NCBI RefSeq assembly: GCF_009914755.1
Contig: NC_060933.1
Direction: 5' to 3' (one strand)
Length of the DNA stretch: 64,000 bases
From: the human T2T-CHM13v2.0 reference genome, Homo sapiens
The notes below the pieces were generated by a model, which was not told where the DNA came from, searched no databases, and worked only from the letters and a program-made list of their open reading frames with translations. Within the stretch, counting starts at the first letter, position 1, and each line of letters opens with the position of its first letter. Shown here one piece after another: positions 1 through 14,000 of the stretch. Made by a program: the position numbers and the translations under genes.

Positions 1-1530
1 TTCGCCTCCAGCGAGGTCAGGGGACCCGCCCCCCATGCCCTCCGCCCCCGCCCGGCTCCGCGCCGCTGCCTCGCTCCGGGAGGGGCCGGGGCCGCCCCGC
101 AGCGGATCGCGGGGGGTCAGCCCGCCGCTACCCCGGGCCGCAACCGCCCCCCTGCTCCCCGGTGAGCCGCGCGTCGGTGGGGACCACGGGCCGCAGACAG
201 CCGGTCCGACGCTGTGGCCTCTCGCACCGGACGCGGGTGCCAGGCCCGGCTGGCGCGGAAGTCGGCAGCTCCATCTCGCCAGCTTTCGCGTCCCGTTGCC
301 GAGGTCCACTTTGCCCAGGCTGGCTAGAGCACTGTCCTTGATCCGCGCGTCCCAGCGACCCCTGGCCGGGCACCCGACCCGCCAAAGGACCCCGATCTTG
401 GCAGCCAACCTAATTTCTTCAGAGCCGCTACCCTGGGGCCACCACTCCCTCCTAGCGCCCCTCACTGCAAACCCTAGGAGGCTCGGGTCTTGCCCACTGC
501 TCCTGCCCCTGCCCGGGGACCCCTTTTCCAGCCTTAGTTGTCCTCTAAACTCTCGGTCGCCTGAACCCAGGCCTGACCTTCCTTGTCGTCCCAGTGTCCC
601 CCATTCTCGATCCCGGGGCCCCAACCTCCCATCGGCTCAGTCCCCCGCCCAATCTCTGCCAGGCCCGGAGCTTTCCCAGACCCCTCACCCACACTCCAGG
701 CTCACTCCCCGTTCCTGGGCCTGGGCCCCCCTTGCACGAGTCCAGGGCCAGCCGTCCTCGCCTTCTGCCCGCCCCCGTCCTTCGTTCCTGGGAGCCGGCC
801 CTCTCCGCGGACCAAGCGGCCCCGAGCAGGCGCCGCCGCCCGGGGGACTCCGACTCAGCCCCCGCGACCTACCTCGGCCGACAGTCGGGGGTTCCCAAGC
901 GGCCACTCCCGGCCGGCGCCGTCCCCTGGCGGAGCCGCCGCGCTCCCTGCCGTCCGCGCAGTCTGGCCTCGCTCGGGGCCACTCCTCGTAGCGCTGGAGC
1001 TTTACAAAATATTAATAATAAAGAAGGCAGAGGAGAAAAAAGAAAGCCTTCGCTCCCCAACTCCCAAATCAATTTTTCAAGGGGGTGGAGCAGAGGGATT
1101 TGTTTCGAAGACGATCAAAACTTCTGCGAGGGGCCCGCGGGGCGGCCGGGCCGGGGAGCCGGGGCCTGAGCTCGGGGCCAGGCGCGGAGCCGCGGGGCGC
1201 GGGCCAGGGGCGCGGAGCCCCGGGGCGCGCGGGGGGGCGGGACGGCACTATTTGACGTGGAGCCGGCGGCGCATCCCGGCGCAGGGATACCGGCCGCGGG
1301 GTTCAAATGTCAGGAAGTTTCGGGAGGTGAGGCGGCCCGTATCCCTCCGCCGCCAGCCCCAGCTCTAAACCCGGCGGCTCAGCGGGCGCACCATGGCACT
1401 GGAGTAGCGCGGGGAGCGCGCCCGGAGCCCCGCGGCCCGCTGCGCCCCGCCCGGGACCCCGCTGCGCCGCGCGCCCCCCCCCCCCGCGGCCCGCGGGGCC
1501 GCCCCTGCACCCCCACCCCCTCCCCCGCCT

Positions 1531-1532
1531 GC

Positions 1533-1563
<31 letters not shown>
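1531..1563 (+). repeat. Interrupted (GCC)n repeat, 11 triplets, in the putative 5'UTR
   Basis: (GCC)4 ACC GCC ACC (GCC)4. A C12 run lies nearby at 1474-1485. Confidence 0.9.
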
Positions 1564-1616
1564 TCCTCCCCGCGGCTCCGTCTGCAGCAGCCGCCGCCGC
1601 CGGGTTCCGGGACTGA

Positions 1617-3001
<1,385 letters not shown>

Positions 3002-6000
3002 TAAGCCCTTCTCGTCCTCCTTCCCCGCCACCGCCCGGCACTCGAGCCCGGTCAGCCCCCTGCCGGGCCCGGCCCGCGCCCGCTCTGCCGCCGGCTCTGT
3101 GCGCGGCTGGGCCGGGCAGCTCCAAGGGTTCCGAGAGCTGCGCGTCTTGGGGCTGGGGCGGACCAGCCCAGCCCAGCCGGCACTGATGGGGTCCTGGGAG
3201 CCTCCGGACGGCCCCCAGTTGCCATCCGTTGTCCCGGAATCCTGCGCTGGGCCGGCCGAGGGATTTGGTGCCTGGGTCCTGGGATATAGGGTCTGGCGCT
3301 ACGGAGGCCTGAATTGGGAACCCAAAATTGATTTCCAAAGGAAAATAATGTTTTAGGGAGCCAGGCCTGGCGGACTGCTTCAAGGGCCTGGTGTGTGGGG
3401 GTTTGGGATTCCTGGAGCCTGGAGCCAGGAGCCAGGAGGTGGAGTGCTGGGACACTGAACGGCCTGAGCGGCAAGGGAGGCCCCCTTTCTGCCAGGCTCA
3501 CTGCTGCACTTTTAGTCCCTGATGGAGAGAAAAGAATGTCCATATTCCCCAAACCGTTCCATGCGGGAATTTTGCACTTGCAGTTTTCTTTGGTTGGAGA
3601 AGCACTCTAGGAAGAGGATCTCAAAAGGTGGCAAGTTACAATTTGGGGCTCCCAATGGGAGTGAGGAGCTGACTGAGTCAGCCCTTCCCACAAGGCCTCC
3701 TTTCTGGTAGTGTGTATTGAGGAGGGAGATGGCCCGCTCTGCCCTGGTATAACCCAAACCTCAGGGCTGAGGCCAGAGATGTGGGTTGAGCCCTTCTTGC
3801 TAACTAGTTTTTAGCTGAGACTGGATTTGTATGGCCGGGGTTGGGGACAGACAACAGGACATGCAGGCTTTTTCTTTTGACCTCCTGGGTTTTCTGCCTG
3901 GCACTGCAATTGGGAGGGAGGCAGTGAGGAGCCACAACTGAAAGAGGGGTGTGGAGATCCCCAAAGCTCTGTTGCAGACACAGCGGGTGCCTGCGAAAAC
4001 TTTAGTGATGCCAGAAAACCGTCCTGGATGAGGCTGCAGAGCGGGTAGGCTGCTTAGGTGGTTTGGTGCTCAGAGAGGGCTGTGTATGCCCAAGCCTCCA
4101 GGGAAGGAAAAGCTGGGCTGCCGGCGCCTCGTGGTGAGTGCAACCTACCTGTTCTGCCCAGGGATTGTCCCCAGTCCAGGGCCTAGTGGAAAGCAGCGCA
4201 GCCCAACTGTTTAACTGAGGCCTGGAAACAGTGCAGGCCAGAGCCCTAGAGAGGGCATCGGATTCTACCCCAAAAGGCTCTGGCTGTGCCTGGTGGTCTG
4301 GGGGCTGAGCCTGAGCTGCTTTTTGCACCTAGCTCTTTCTTCCGGCTGAGGGATCTTTGGGTAGGGATTGGAGTCCATTCACAGGTTCAGCTGTTTTGCT
4401 GGTCCCAGAGTGCAGCTGAGGCCTTCCTCTCAGTAGGAAGCACCCCAGATTTAGGCACACTGCCGTAGGTCGGCTTTGTGCTGTGCTCTGAACTAATATG
4501 ATTCTAGTTCCGGGAGAGGGAGACGCCAGTCCGTTCAGTCACAGCCCAAGCATAGAGCAGCACAAATTGAATGGGGAAAATAGTTTGGGGTAGATGTGGC
4601 TGTGGGCTCTGGGCTGGCTAGAGGAGCCCCTCTGTAGGGTGCACCAGCCTCTAGCCCCCTCCCCACCACGCCCTGCACCCCTGGCCTCACTCTGCTTGCC
4701 TGATCCCGAGCTCTGGCAGTGCCACTTACACCCAGCTCAGCCACCAGCCTTTACGACAACACATGGGGGAAGGGGGCCCAGGAAACTAAAACCGGCCTCC
4801 AAATCATTTGCACAGCTTAAAAAAAAGAAAAAAACTTGTTAATATATTGAAAAGACTTATGAATCGCGTGTACATATTCTGCCCTCCCCCCACTCCCCAT
4901 AATTATTTACGGAGCTTCTCTTTAAAAAAAAAAAGGAAAGGATAACCCCTGGTTCTTCAGGCACAGAATGGTAAAGTCACGAAATTTCAGCTGGATGTTG
5001 CCTTAGAGATGAGCGGCTCACCCCCTCATCTTACAAAACAATTAAACGTTAAGCATTTGCTACTGCTTTGTCCAAAGTATATTTGTTTTAAAAAGAAAAG
5101 GAAAGAGTCACCTAACAGCCAGCTTCTTCAGTGCAGTCCGGTGTGTTGAGAATGATTTTTGGCACAGGGCGAATCTCAGGTCCGAAGACCTCACTCAGTC
5201 TGGATCCTGTGGGGCTGAAGCCTGGGGTGGGGAGTGCATTATTCTAGCTGTGGACAGTTCATTCCTCCACCCTCATTCTATTTTTTCCAATAACGCCAAT
5301 TAGGTATCTGCGTTAGGCCGGCCGGCAGGATGTGCTGGGGGTGGGGGGTGGGGGGTGGGGTGATTGTTATCAGGACAAATAGCCAGTGAGTCGTTTCACA
5401 GGGAGATGGAGCGCCGCTCCAGGCAGGCAGCAGCCACTGGAAAGGGATGTTCTTTGCACAATAAAAATTTTTTTATTCACATTTCTTTTTTTCTTTGAGA
5501 ATTGCAGATGCATATTTATTTCATCTGTGCGTAAATGCTTTTCAGACAGGAATCCAAGCAAGCGGGCGCAGAAACGTGCCTTCTTGATATTGTCGAGTCT
5601 GTGCGTCAGCGGTATTGAGAAATTAACAATCCCCCCACCAAACACAACTTCTGAAAAATGTGTCCTCACCCCTGGCTGAGTTGCAGGGCTCCGTCCTTAA
5701 AAAGAGGTTGCCATTTTTAGTAAATGTCTCTTCTTCCTTTCGATTTGTTCTCAAAGATCCCAGACACCCAGAAGTGCCAAGTTGTCTTACGCACCACGGG
5801 GGTGATTAATTGACACTGGGGCACATTGAGCCGAATTTGATAAAAATCCTCTTGTACATCCTTGGCGGGCAGAGCAGAGCGCCGGCCGTGGAGTTTGGGC
5901 ATTTTCACTCTTAACTCCAAAAGTCTCCTTTTTCCCCATGTGTGAGTTTTGGGGGCTCCTTCAAAAAAAAGAAAAAGCAGCCTTTTCGGACAGAAAACCA

Positions 6001-6289
6001 GTTAGGAAACGGAGAGGAAACGCAGCCTCCCCCAAATCAGAACACCTCTCACCGTCCTCCACCGGAGAACAAATGAAAAATAAGGCACTTTCCCCCCTCC
6101 CATGTTTTTATCTTGGCGGCTTGGCCGAATAGAATTATGTAACTCTCTTTTCTTGCCGTCTGTCGCTCGTCTGGAAAGGGTTTTTATCCTGAAGAGGTGG
6201 AGAATTCCTGGAGGAGGCTCCGGAAGGGGGGAGGGTCGGTGGGAGAGTCCAAAAATCTGTCACAAAATGGAGTCTAATCGCTTGTAAGA

Positions 6290-6520
6290 CAGCTCCCAGG
6301 TTTGGCGACCCGAGACCCGCTGGGGTGCAAGCGGGCGCCTTTGTGCACGGCGAGACGCGGGGTTCCGGCCCGGGCCGCGCTCCTACCTCGGCGGCGGGGC
6401 CGCGGCGTCCTTCCGCCCGCAGGGCCTGCCCGGGCGGCCGAGCCTCTCGGCGACACAGACTTCAGGGCTCCGCCGGGCCCGCTGGGGGCCCTTTGGGCTC
6501 GCCTGTCCAGGTAGGATGTG
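6290..6520. promoter_or_regulatory. Small intronic CpG-rich patch
   Basis: Abrupt CpG-dense, GC-rich stretch within intron 2. Confidence 0.6.
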
Positions 6521-7997
6521 CCTACGTTGGCAGCAGGGGAGCATCGAGGCTTTGATTGAGTTTCACAGAAAGCCCTCTTGAGTCCTGGGGTGAGTTTTTA
6601 AAAAATTTCCCCCAGCTGGCTGTGGCTCCAGTGGCCCAACCGCTCTGCCCTGCGCATTCCTTTCCTTGGAAGTGTTTACCCCGGGAAAGACCTTCTTGGG
6701 AGGCTCACCTCTCCCCCCACACTCCCCATCCAGCTCCCGCGTTCGGGTGTGGCCCAGGGGGAGAGCAGTCAGGCTCCGGCCTTCTCTGGCTACTTCTTCT
6801 GCCAGCCTGGAAGGCCTCCCATAGGCCCTCCTGCAGGGTGCCAGTCTCAAGCAGCACCCCTTCCCCAGTGTGTACCCCAACCAGCGAGCCCCCCTGCCCC
6901 AACCATCAAACTCATTCAGGGCTGCAGAGCGCCTGTCCTGGAAACTGCTTGGGAGGAGGAGCCAGGACTTTGCCTTACAAAAAGGCTTCTATGGTGCTGT
7001 CTCTGGGGGCTGAGGCCCAAAGGGCTCACCCTGGCAGCCCAAGTCTGGGGACCCTCTGGCCCTTTGGAGGGTACCTCTCCATTTAACCCCGGCACCTTGG
7101 CTGTGTGCAAGACGGTAAGCACAGGCCTTCCTGAGGCTGCAGTCCCCTGCTGCTGAACGGAGGCATTATTCACAGTGACTCCTGGCTCACCCTCGACTCC
7201 CCGGGCGCTGGGCTGGTGTGGCCTTATTTGTTTGCCCTATTTTTCTTGAGTGGGGGAAGCAGGCTGGGAGGATCTCCTCTGGGGTATGTGATTGGTGACT
7301 GTCAGCTCTTTCCTGCCCTGTCCATTGGAGCCAGGCTTAGAGACCCACGGCCGTGGCACCTACCTGATCCTCCTCTGTGAAATGGGGACTTATTCTGCTG
7401 GGGGCAAGTATTCTTATAAGGACTTGAGATAAGGTGCCCCAAAGGACCTGGCATCTTGCCTGGCTTGTTATTAATACTCTGGAAGTTATTGCTGTTACTC
7501 TTCTCACCATGAGCATGGCAGGGAATACCTTGTCTCCAAGGACACACACCACACTGCCAACAGGTTCTCTACCCAGGTTCCATGGTACACAGGGTTTACC
7601 ATGAGCCTCTCCATGCAGGGAGGATGAGGAGCACCCTGGGGAAGCCATTGCCTTTCCCTTCGTAGGACACTGTAAAAGTCTTGCCTTCCTCAGCCATGAA
7701 AAGAGCTTTAGACTCGGAGTCAGACCTGAGTTCACCTCCCAGCCCCAAGTCTTAGCAGCTGTGTGATCTTCGCTAAGTGGTTGCCCATCTCTGAGCTGGG
7801 GCCTCATCAACAAACTGGGGGTGATGATGTGACTTTGCAGGGTGGTTGTGAGGATTACACAGGCACCTGGTGGAACTTTAATAAATATTCCATTCTCCGG
7901 GGGATCCATTATCCTCTCCTGCACCTCAAGAGAGGTGGAAAACCTGATTGTGTGGGTGCGCACAGGTGCCAACTGCATTATCAGAAAGGGCCACAAC

Positions 7998-8177
7998 AGG
8001 GTGGCCAGCTGTGCTGGGCTCTTTCTCCTTTGGGGGCAGACGGGTGTGCTGTGCTCTTTCTCCCTGGGGGCAGACGGAGGGTGGCCGGGTGTCCTGTGCT
8101 CTTTCTCCTTGGGGGCAGACGGAGGGTGGCCGGGTGTGCTGGCTCTTTTTCCTTTGGTGGCAAACAGAGGGTGGTCC
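7998..8177 (+). repeat. Minisatellite, ~45-bp unit, ~4 copies
   Basis: Repeated tgtgctctttctccYtgggggcagacggagggtggccgggtgt. Confidence 0.9.
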
Positions 8178-11079
8178 AGAGCAACAGTATTTCCACCGGG
8201 AAACAATTGGCATCTCCAGGGCCTCCATATAGCTTGGAAAAGCTTAATAATTCATATTTGAAGAACTGTTTGTACTTACTGTTTTGTGATTGAAGCCACA
8301 GAAAATAAAGCTCAGCCAATGGAGAAGGGGGTAGGTGGAGGAGAGGTCTGAGGGATTTGTCTATTTCTCAGAAGGAAGATGAGGTTTAAAAGGTGGAGAA
8401 ACACCATTCCAGGAACTCAGAAGGCCCCTCCAGCTCGGGCTCTGTGGCCTTGTGAGGTTTCCACCCATGGGTGGCTGGCGATGCTTCTCCAAGGAGCCGC
8501 CTTTGTCCTGAGGCTCTGGAGTTTCTAAAAAATAAAGAAAAGGAAGAGGAAAAAAACCAGTCCTACTTTGGCATCAGTTAGGCTGAAGGATGGAGGATAC
8601 TCTCACCGACATGAGTTATAACTTCCAATTTGTTGGACACCACAGTCAAGCCTCAGCCAGGGGAGGGAGGAAGGGAGGGATAGTCTACTCATCCAAGGAG
8701 CCGCGTGTGAGCTGTCAGTCAGTTGGGGGTGCCCGAGGACCCAGGGCCCTTGGCTGTCTGGCTGACCCAGCCGGAAGTTCCTCTGGCCCTCTCCAACCAG
8801 ATTCTGTGCTGATGGCAGCAAAGAGCAAAACCAAAATTATATATATTTATTACCACTGCAGTCAGAAGTGGAGAGACGGTGGTAGTGAGAGAGGGCTAAG
8901 GCTGAAAACCATATTTGAAAAAGTTGATTCACGAAGGTAGAGGAAGCAAAGTGGCAGACGTTTGCCATTTCATCGACCGGCTGGTGTTCTCCATTCATGT
9001 CATAAATGTCTCCTGTCATTTGATGCCAAAAGCAACATGATTTGGTTCCCCAGTGGCCTATAGGGTTTTTCTCTCTCTCTCTCCTTTTTTTTTTTTTTTT
9101 TTGCAGTAAATGTTTATTTGTTGATAATAGACTTTAAACAGCCTAGCCTTGACCTCAAGTCTCCTGAAGCATCCATCTTCTCTCAGAAAAATGTTTCAAA
9201 GTTTGTGTAATTTTGGGGGGAAGGTGTAACTGACGGGGCAGTGAAGGGCTTGTGTTTGCTTTAACTACTGCTGCGGTGAGGAGTGGTGGGGCATAAGGGG
9301 CCACTGTGCTCGGAATGGCAACTTTCTTGGGTTTCAGGCCGGCTGACAGCACTTCCTCTCTGCCCTTTACCTTTGCTTTGCCTGATCAGTACAAATAAAT
9401 TTCTGCGTGGGCCCTTCCTTTGTTATTCCCTGGATAATATTGTATCCATTTCTGCTCAGCATTTTGACTGGCAGCCGCTGGACCTGCCCTGCTGACCTTG
9501 GGGCCCCAAAGGGAGGATGAGGGGCTGGGGATCTGGGGATGTGTGGGTACATTTGTGGGGAGGCTTTGTCTCAATTGGGAGCTTGGCTCGGACCAGCCCT
9601 GGACGAATGTCCTGGCTGATGGCAGAGCACCTGGCTGGCCTTGGCACTTGGTGAACTGGGGGGAAGTGTTGCTGAAGGAAAAACCCGGTTCCTGGAGCCT
9701 GGTTCCAGAAGAAACAAAGATGTTTGCTTCCTGGCCGGGCCAGTGCTGTGAGAGAGGCTTCCCCGGGAACTGTGGGGAGGTGGCTAGCTGGGGAAGGTTG
9801 TGACGGCCACCCAGAGCAACAGCGATGCCCACTGGGGCTGGCAGGAATGAGGAGGCCACCGAGCTGCTGGGTAGCTGAAGATGAGCTGAGCATGCTGAGA
9901 CACAGGGCCGCCAGGGGTCCCTCCCCCAAGCGCCTCCCCAGGAACTTCAGCAGCGGTGACGGGAGGGGAGGAGCAGCACTGGGTTGGGATGGGACAAGTT
10001 GGGTGTGACTGCTGTTCCCCCTTCTCCCGCCTCCTGCCTTCCAAGGGGACTCTGTGACTCTTGTCGTGTGATTCCTGGATTGCTATAGTTACTGGGCTGT
10101 TGGGTGTGGGCGCCAGACCAGGACTGAGCTGCCCAGGCCTTTGGGGTTCCAGAGGATCAAGGTGCTCTGGGGTGACCTCCTCCAAATGGAGGGGTCCTGG
10201 GTGGGGCACATTTTCTCAAAGGAAGAGCAAGCTTGTTGGCAGTTACAGAATGGGGATCCAGAATGTCTCCATCTCCCAGTGACAAAGGCCAAGGGCCTTT
10301 AGGGAAGGACTGACAGCTCTTCCTGAGCCTCAGTTCCCTTCTCTGTGAAAAGGGGGTAGTAATTCCAATCTTACAGGGTTGCTCTGAGAATAAAGTGGAA
10401 CAAACCCAGATGCCAGCCAGTGTTGGGCATGCAGTCAATGTATGTTTTCTTCCTTCCTGCTGGGAAATGAGCCGAAGGCAGCCCCGTCTGGCAGGAATGC
10501 ATTGTCTGTCCTGCGTGGGAGGCCCAGAAAGTGCAGCCTCCTGAACAGGCCTCCCAGAGGGGTCTTGCCCACCCTTCTGTTCCTCACCCAGGTTGGGAGC
10601 CTGTGTTTTTATTTTTATTTTTTTTCCCTTGAAAAGGGCATGGGGCCGGTCTGGATGCCAGAGGCTGCTCCTCGGAGCCAAGGCCAGCCTGTGGATGGGC
10701 CCTCATTACTACTGAGACACGTAGGTCCCATTTTTTCCAAGAGACTCCTGAGCATGGTCAGTGTAGATGTGAACTTGCAGGAGCAGCGCCTTACTGAACA
10801 GGGAGGCAGCCCGCAGTAGTGCCTCTAGAAGGGCAAGGCATTGGCGTTTGTTGAGCCCCTGTGAAGTTCACTGTCTGTACCGTCCCAACCCTGTGGTTAG
10901 GGGAGGAAACTGAGGCTGAGCAGCTTGAACAACTTCCCCAGGCCCAGAGTTAACTCTGTAGCAGATTTTTCCCGGCCCAGAGTTACCCTGTAGCAGATTT
11001 CCCCCCCAGGCGGGTCCAACTCCCAAAGCCGGATGGGTTCTCTAAGTCCTCCTATACCGACCTTCCGGAAGGTGCGGGC

Positions 11080-14000
11080 TCTACATTGTTGCTAATCTCC
11101 CCCAGAACGCCCAGCCTGGGAGGGGTGGGGAGGGGGAGTCGCTACCCGAGGGCTGGGAGCAGGGTGTCACTGACCTCCTCTGCGCGGATTGCCCCCTGTA
11201 GGGCCAGCCCTGGCCAGCGGAAGAAAAAGGTTAGAATAATTGCCTTCCCCTGGGCGGGAGAGCTTCCTTCGACGTCCGGACACGCGGATGGGGCGGCTTT
11301 CAGCGGCCTCCACCCGCGCACCCCTCCAGGCCCACCTCTCGGCGGTTCGTGCAGCATGTTCTTTACTGGGAGTGGGATGACACCATGCATAGGCTCCTGG
11401 GCTCCGCAGCCGAGCCGCGGGCACCAGCGGCGGTTGATGAATTTCGGTGTCACCAGGGGTTTAGCCCGGATTTGGGAACCGCGCGCTCTAATACGCGCAC
11501 ACGGTCCTGCCCTTTCTAAAGCGCAGCCCTTTCACCCAGCAGCTGATTTATGGAGGAATTCGATCCTGGGACGCGCTAGGCTGAAGCCCGGAGTCCAGGG
11601 CCCTGCAGCAGCTTTCAGGCTTCTCAGCGTTTCGGGGACCCTTGGTGGCTCGGGGGCTCTCTTGGGCTGGGGTCGGGGTGCCCCGCCAGGTGGGGCCTTA
11701 CGCGGTCCAGAAAGAGCCAGTGATTCTCCTTGGAGCCACTGCAGGCTCCCGCTGGAGGGAGTAAGATTGGCGGGGAGAGCTGGCATTTTCATTCCTTGTT
11801 GAGCACAGCCCTCGCCCCTCCCCAAGCCCTCCTGCCGACCCCCTCGGGCTGGCCAAAAGCAGCAAGTTCGGGAGGTTTGTTTATTGAGAGAACAGAAAAT
11901 TAGGGGTTGCGGGGGAGAATCTAAGACCCTTTTCCCGCCTGAGAAACGTGCGAAGTCCCTCAGCTCCTGGAGGCAACCAGGCGGCCCGAAAGCCGAGTTC
12001 CTGGCGCGGATGCTAGGGCCGACCCCAGCCCCCTCCCTCCTGCGCCCCAGCCCGAGGGCGGCGAGTGGCAGGGTTTTTTTTATTTTGTTTTTTTTTTTTG
12101 GATTTGGTTTGCAGGGGGGAAATGTGGTTGTATCAATCCACAAATATTTACTCTTAACAGACTTGTATCTGTGGAGATTTCGAACAAAGACAGTTTAGGG
12201 GGATTACAAAAACCCTAAACCCCGTTTTTCTCCCGGACTTGGTGCTTTAAATGCCAATTATAGGCGAGCCATATCCAACAGCAACGGGGAAAGGCGAGCA
12301 GGCTCCGGGGAGGGAGGTGGGGGGAGAGTCCGGCCATTAAATGTAACTTTTCATTATGAAAAGGATTTCGCCGGTTTTATCTTCTAATAAGATTATGTCA
12401 CGAACACAAGTACCTAGGATGGTGCTGAGTGACAGGGCTCTGTCGTTTAATCAGAGGCTGTGCCGCTCAAACCGCGGGGCCCTTTGTCCCACGGAGTGAA
12501 CGACGGAAACTTGCCATCCTAATCCCCTTATTCATGTCAAGCACAGAAAAGAAGCCGAGCACCTTACAACCGTGTCCCCTCCACCCCTTCCGAGGACGGC
12601 GGGAAGAGGGGGCTCCGGCCCTGTAGCCCCCTGACGCTTTTCGTTTCCGAGCGCGCTTGGGCCTCAGGAGCCGGAGCGTTGCCGTGGGGGCGGGGGAAGG
12701 GGTGGTTTTGCGGGTGCCTTAATTGGCAGCGTCTGGAAAATGGGGACAGTGACCCCACGACTAGAGGATGAATGGGGGGAGGGTTAGTGGGATGTGTTTG
12801 CCTCCTCTGACCGAGAGCACGGGTCCTGCTCTGTCCCCTCTTCCCAGGAAAGGTGGCACTCCGGGTGCACACCCACCACCCCCATTAAAGCGGGATTGAC
12901 CAGAAGAGAGAGGCCGAATGGAGATGCCAGGCTGGGGCCCTCGGCGGGGCAGATTTCGTTGGATCCCTGGGACTAATGTCGCAGCGCTCGCACTCCTGCA
13001 GGTCTCCAGGGTTGGCCATTCCCGGCTGCATGCTCGGCCCCTTTCTTCCGAGGGTGAATTCCTTTGTTCCACCCCCACGGAAACCCTCTTCTCCGCCAGG
13101 CCCGTGGCGCCTTTCTCGCCACCTCCGCCGCCGCCGCCGCCACCCTCGTCCCACCGTTTGCAGGGCTTTCCTGCGGCGCTCTGGCCGCAGAGACCCAGCC
13201 CTGTCTGCCGACTGGCCCTTCGACGTCGCCGCCGTGCCTGAGCCCCGCTGCCTGCTCGGACAAGCAGAACTCCGGCAGGCGCAGCGGGCGCCGAGGCTTG
13301 GGCTTTAGCCGTGGCGCTCGCCTCGGCGCAGTGGGGAGCCGCGGGCGTCGGAGAAGCGGCCGCGCTGTTCCGGGTCACTGCACCGGCTGAAAAAACCAAA
13401 AGCAAAACCAACACCCAGAAACGAAGCCTGCGTGCCCCCGGGGGCTCCGTTTTGCTCCCCTCATGGACATGGGGGTGGGGAGCTCGTGGGGTTTCAGCCC
13501 AAAGGCTCCAGTCAGTGGAACCGGAGGGGGACTTCGGAGGAATTTGTCTCTGATGTCCCGGCTCCCTGGCCTCCTATTAGAACTCGTAGAGGATCCGCTC
13601 TGGAGTCCCCGTGCGCCCTGGCAGAGGTCGGGGACGCCAGAGTGCACGCAGTCTCCTGCGCGCCGAGCCCAGGCTCCGGGCGCAGGGAGGATCGGGCTGA
13701 GAGCAGGGTGTCACCTCGTAAAAGCGACAGGCAAGGACTGTTTTATGGGGAGGGAGAAGGAGCAGGAAGTGATGCTTCCATCTCTGACAGCATAGGGACC
13801 GGGAGCTCCGATGGAGGAAACCCTTTCCGGGCAGGACGAGTAGAGGGACAGGACATGGCCGGGGACCATGGGATTCGCTGCCATTAAGTATGGGACGGGC
13901 AGGCGAGAGCGGGGAAGGGGACCGATGGAGCCAGAAGCCCTGAGCTCACCTCCCGCCCGTCCTCTCCTGGAGCCCCCTCTGCAATCCCGGCTCAGTCGGC

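Noticed and set aside
35-991. 318-aa ATG-initiated ORF upstream of LMX1B
   Set aside because: Pro/Arg/Ser/Gly-rich with no recognisable domain. Long ORFs in several frames are expected in a stop-poor CpG island.
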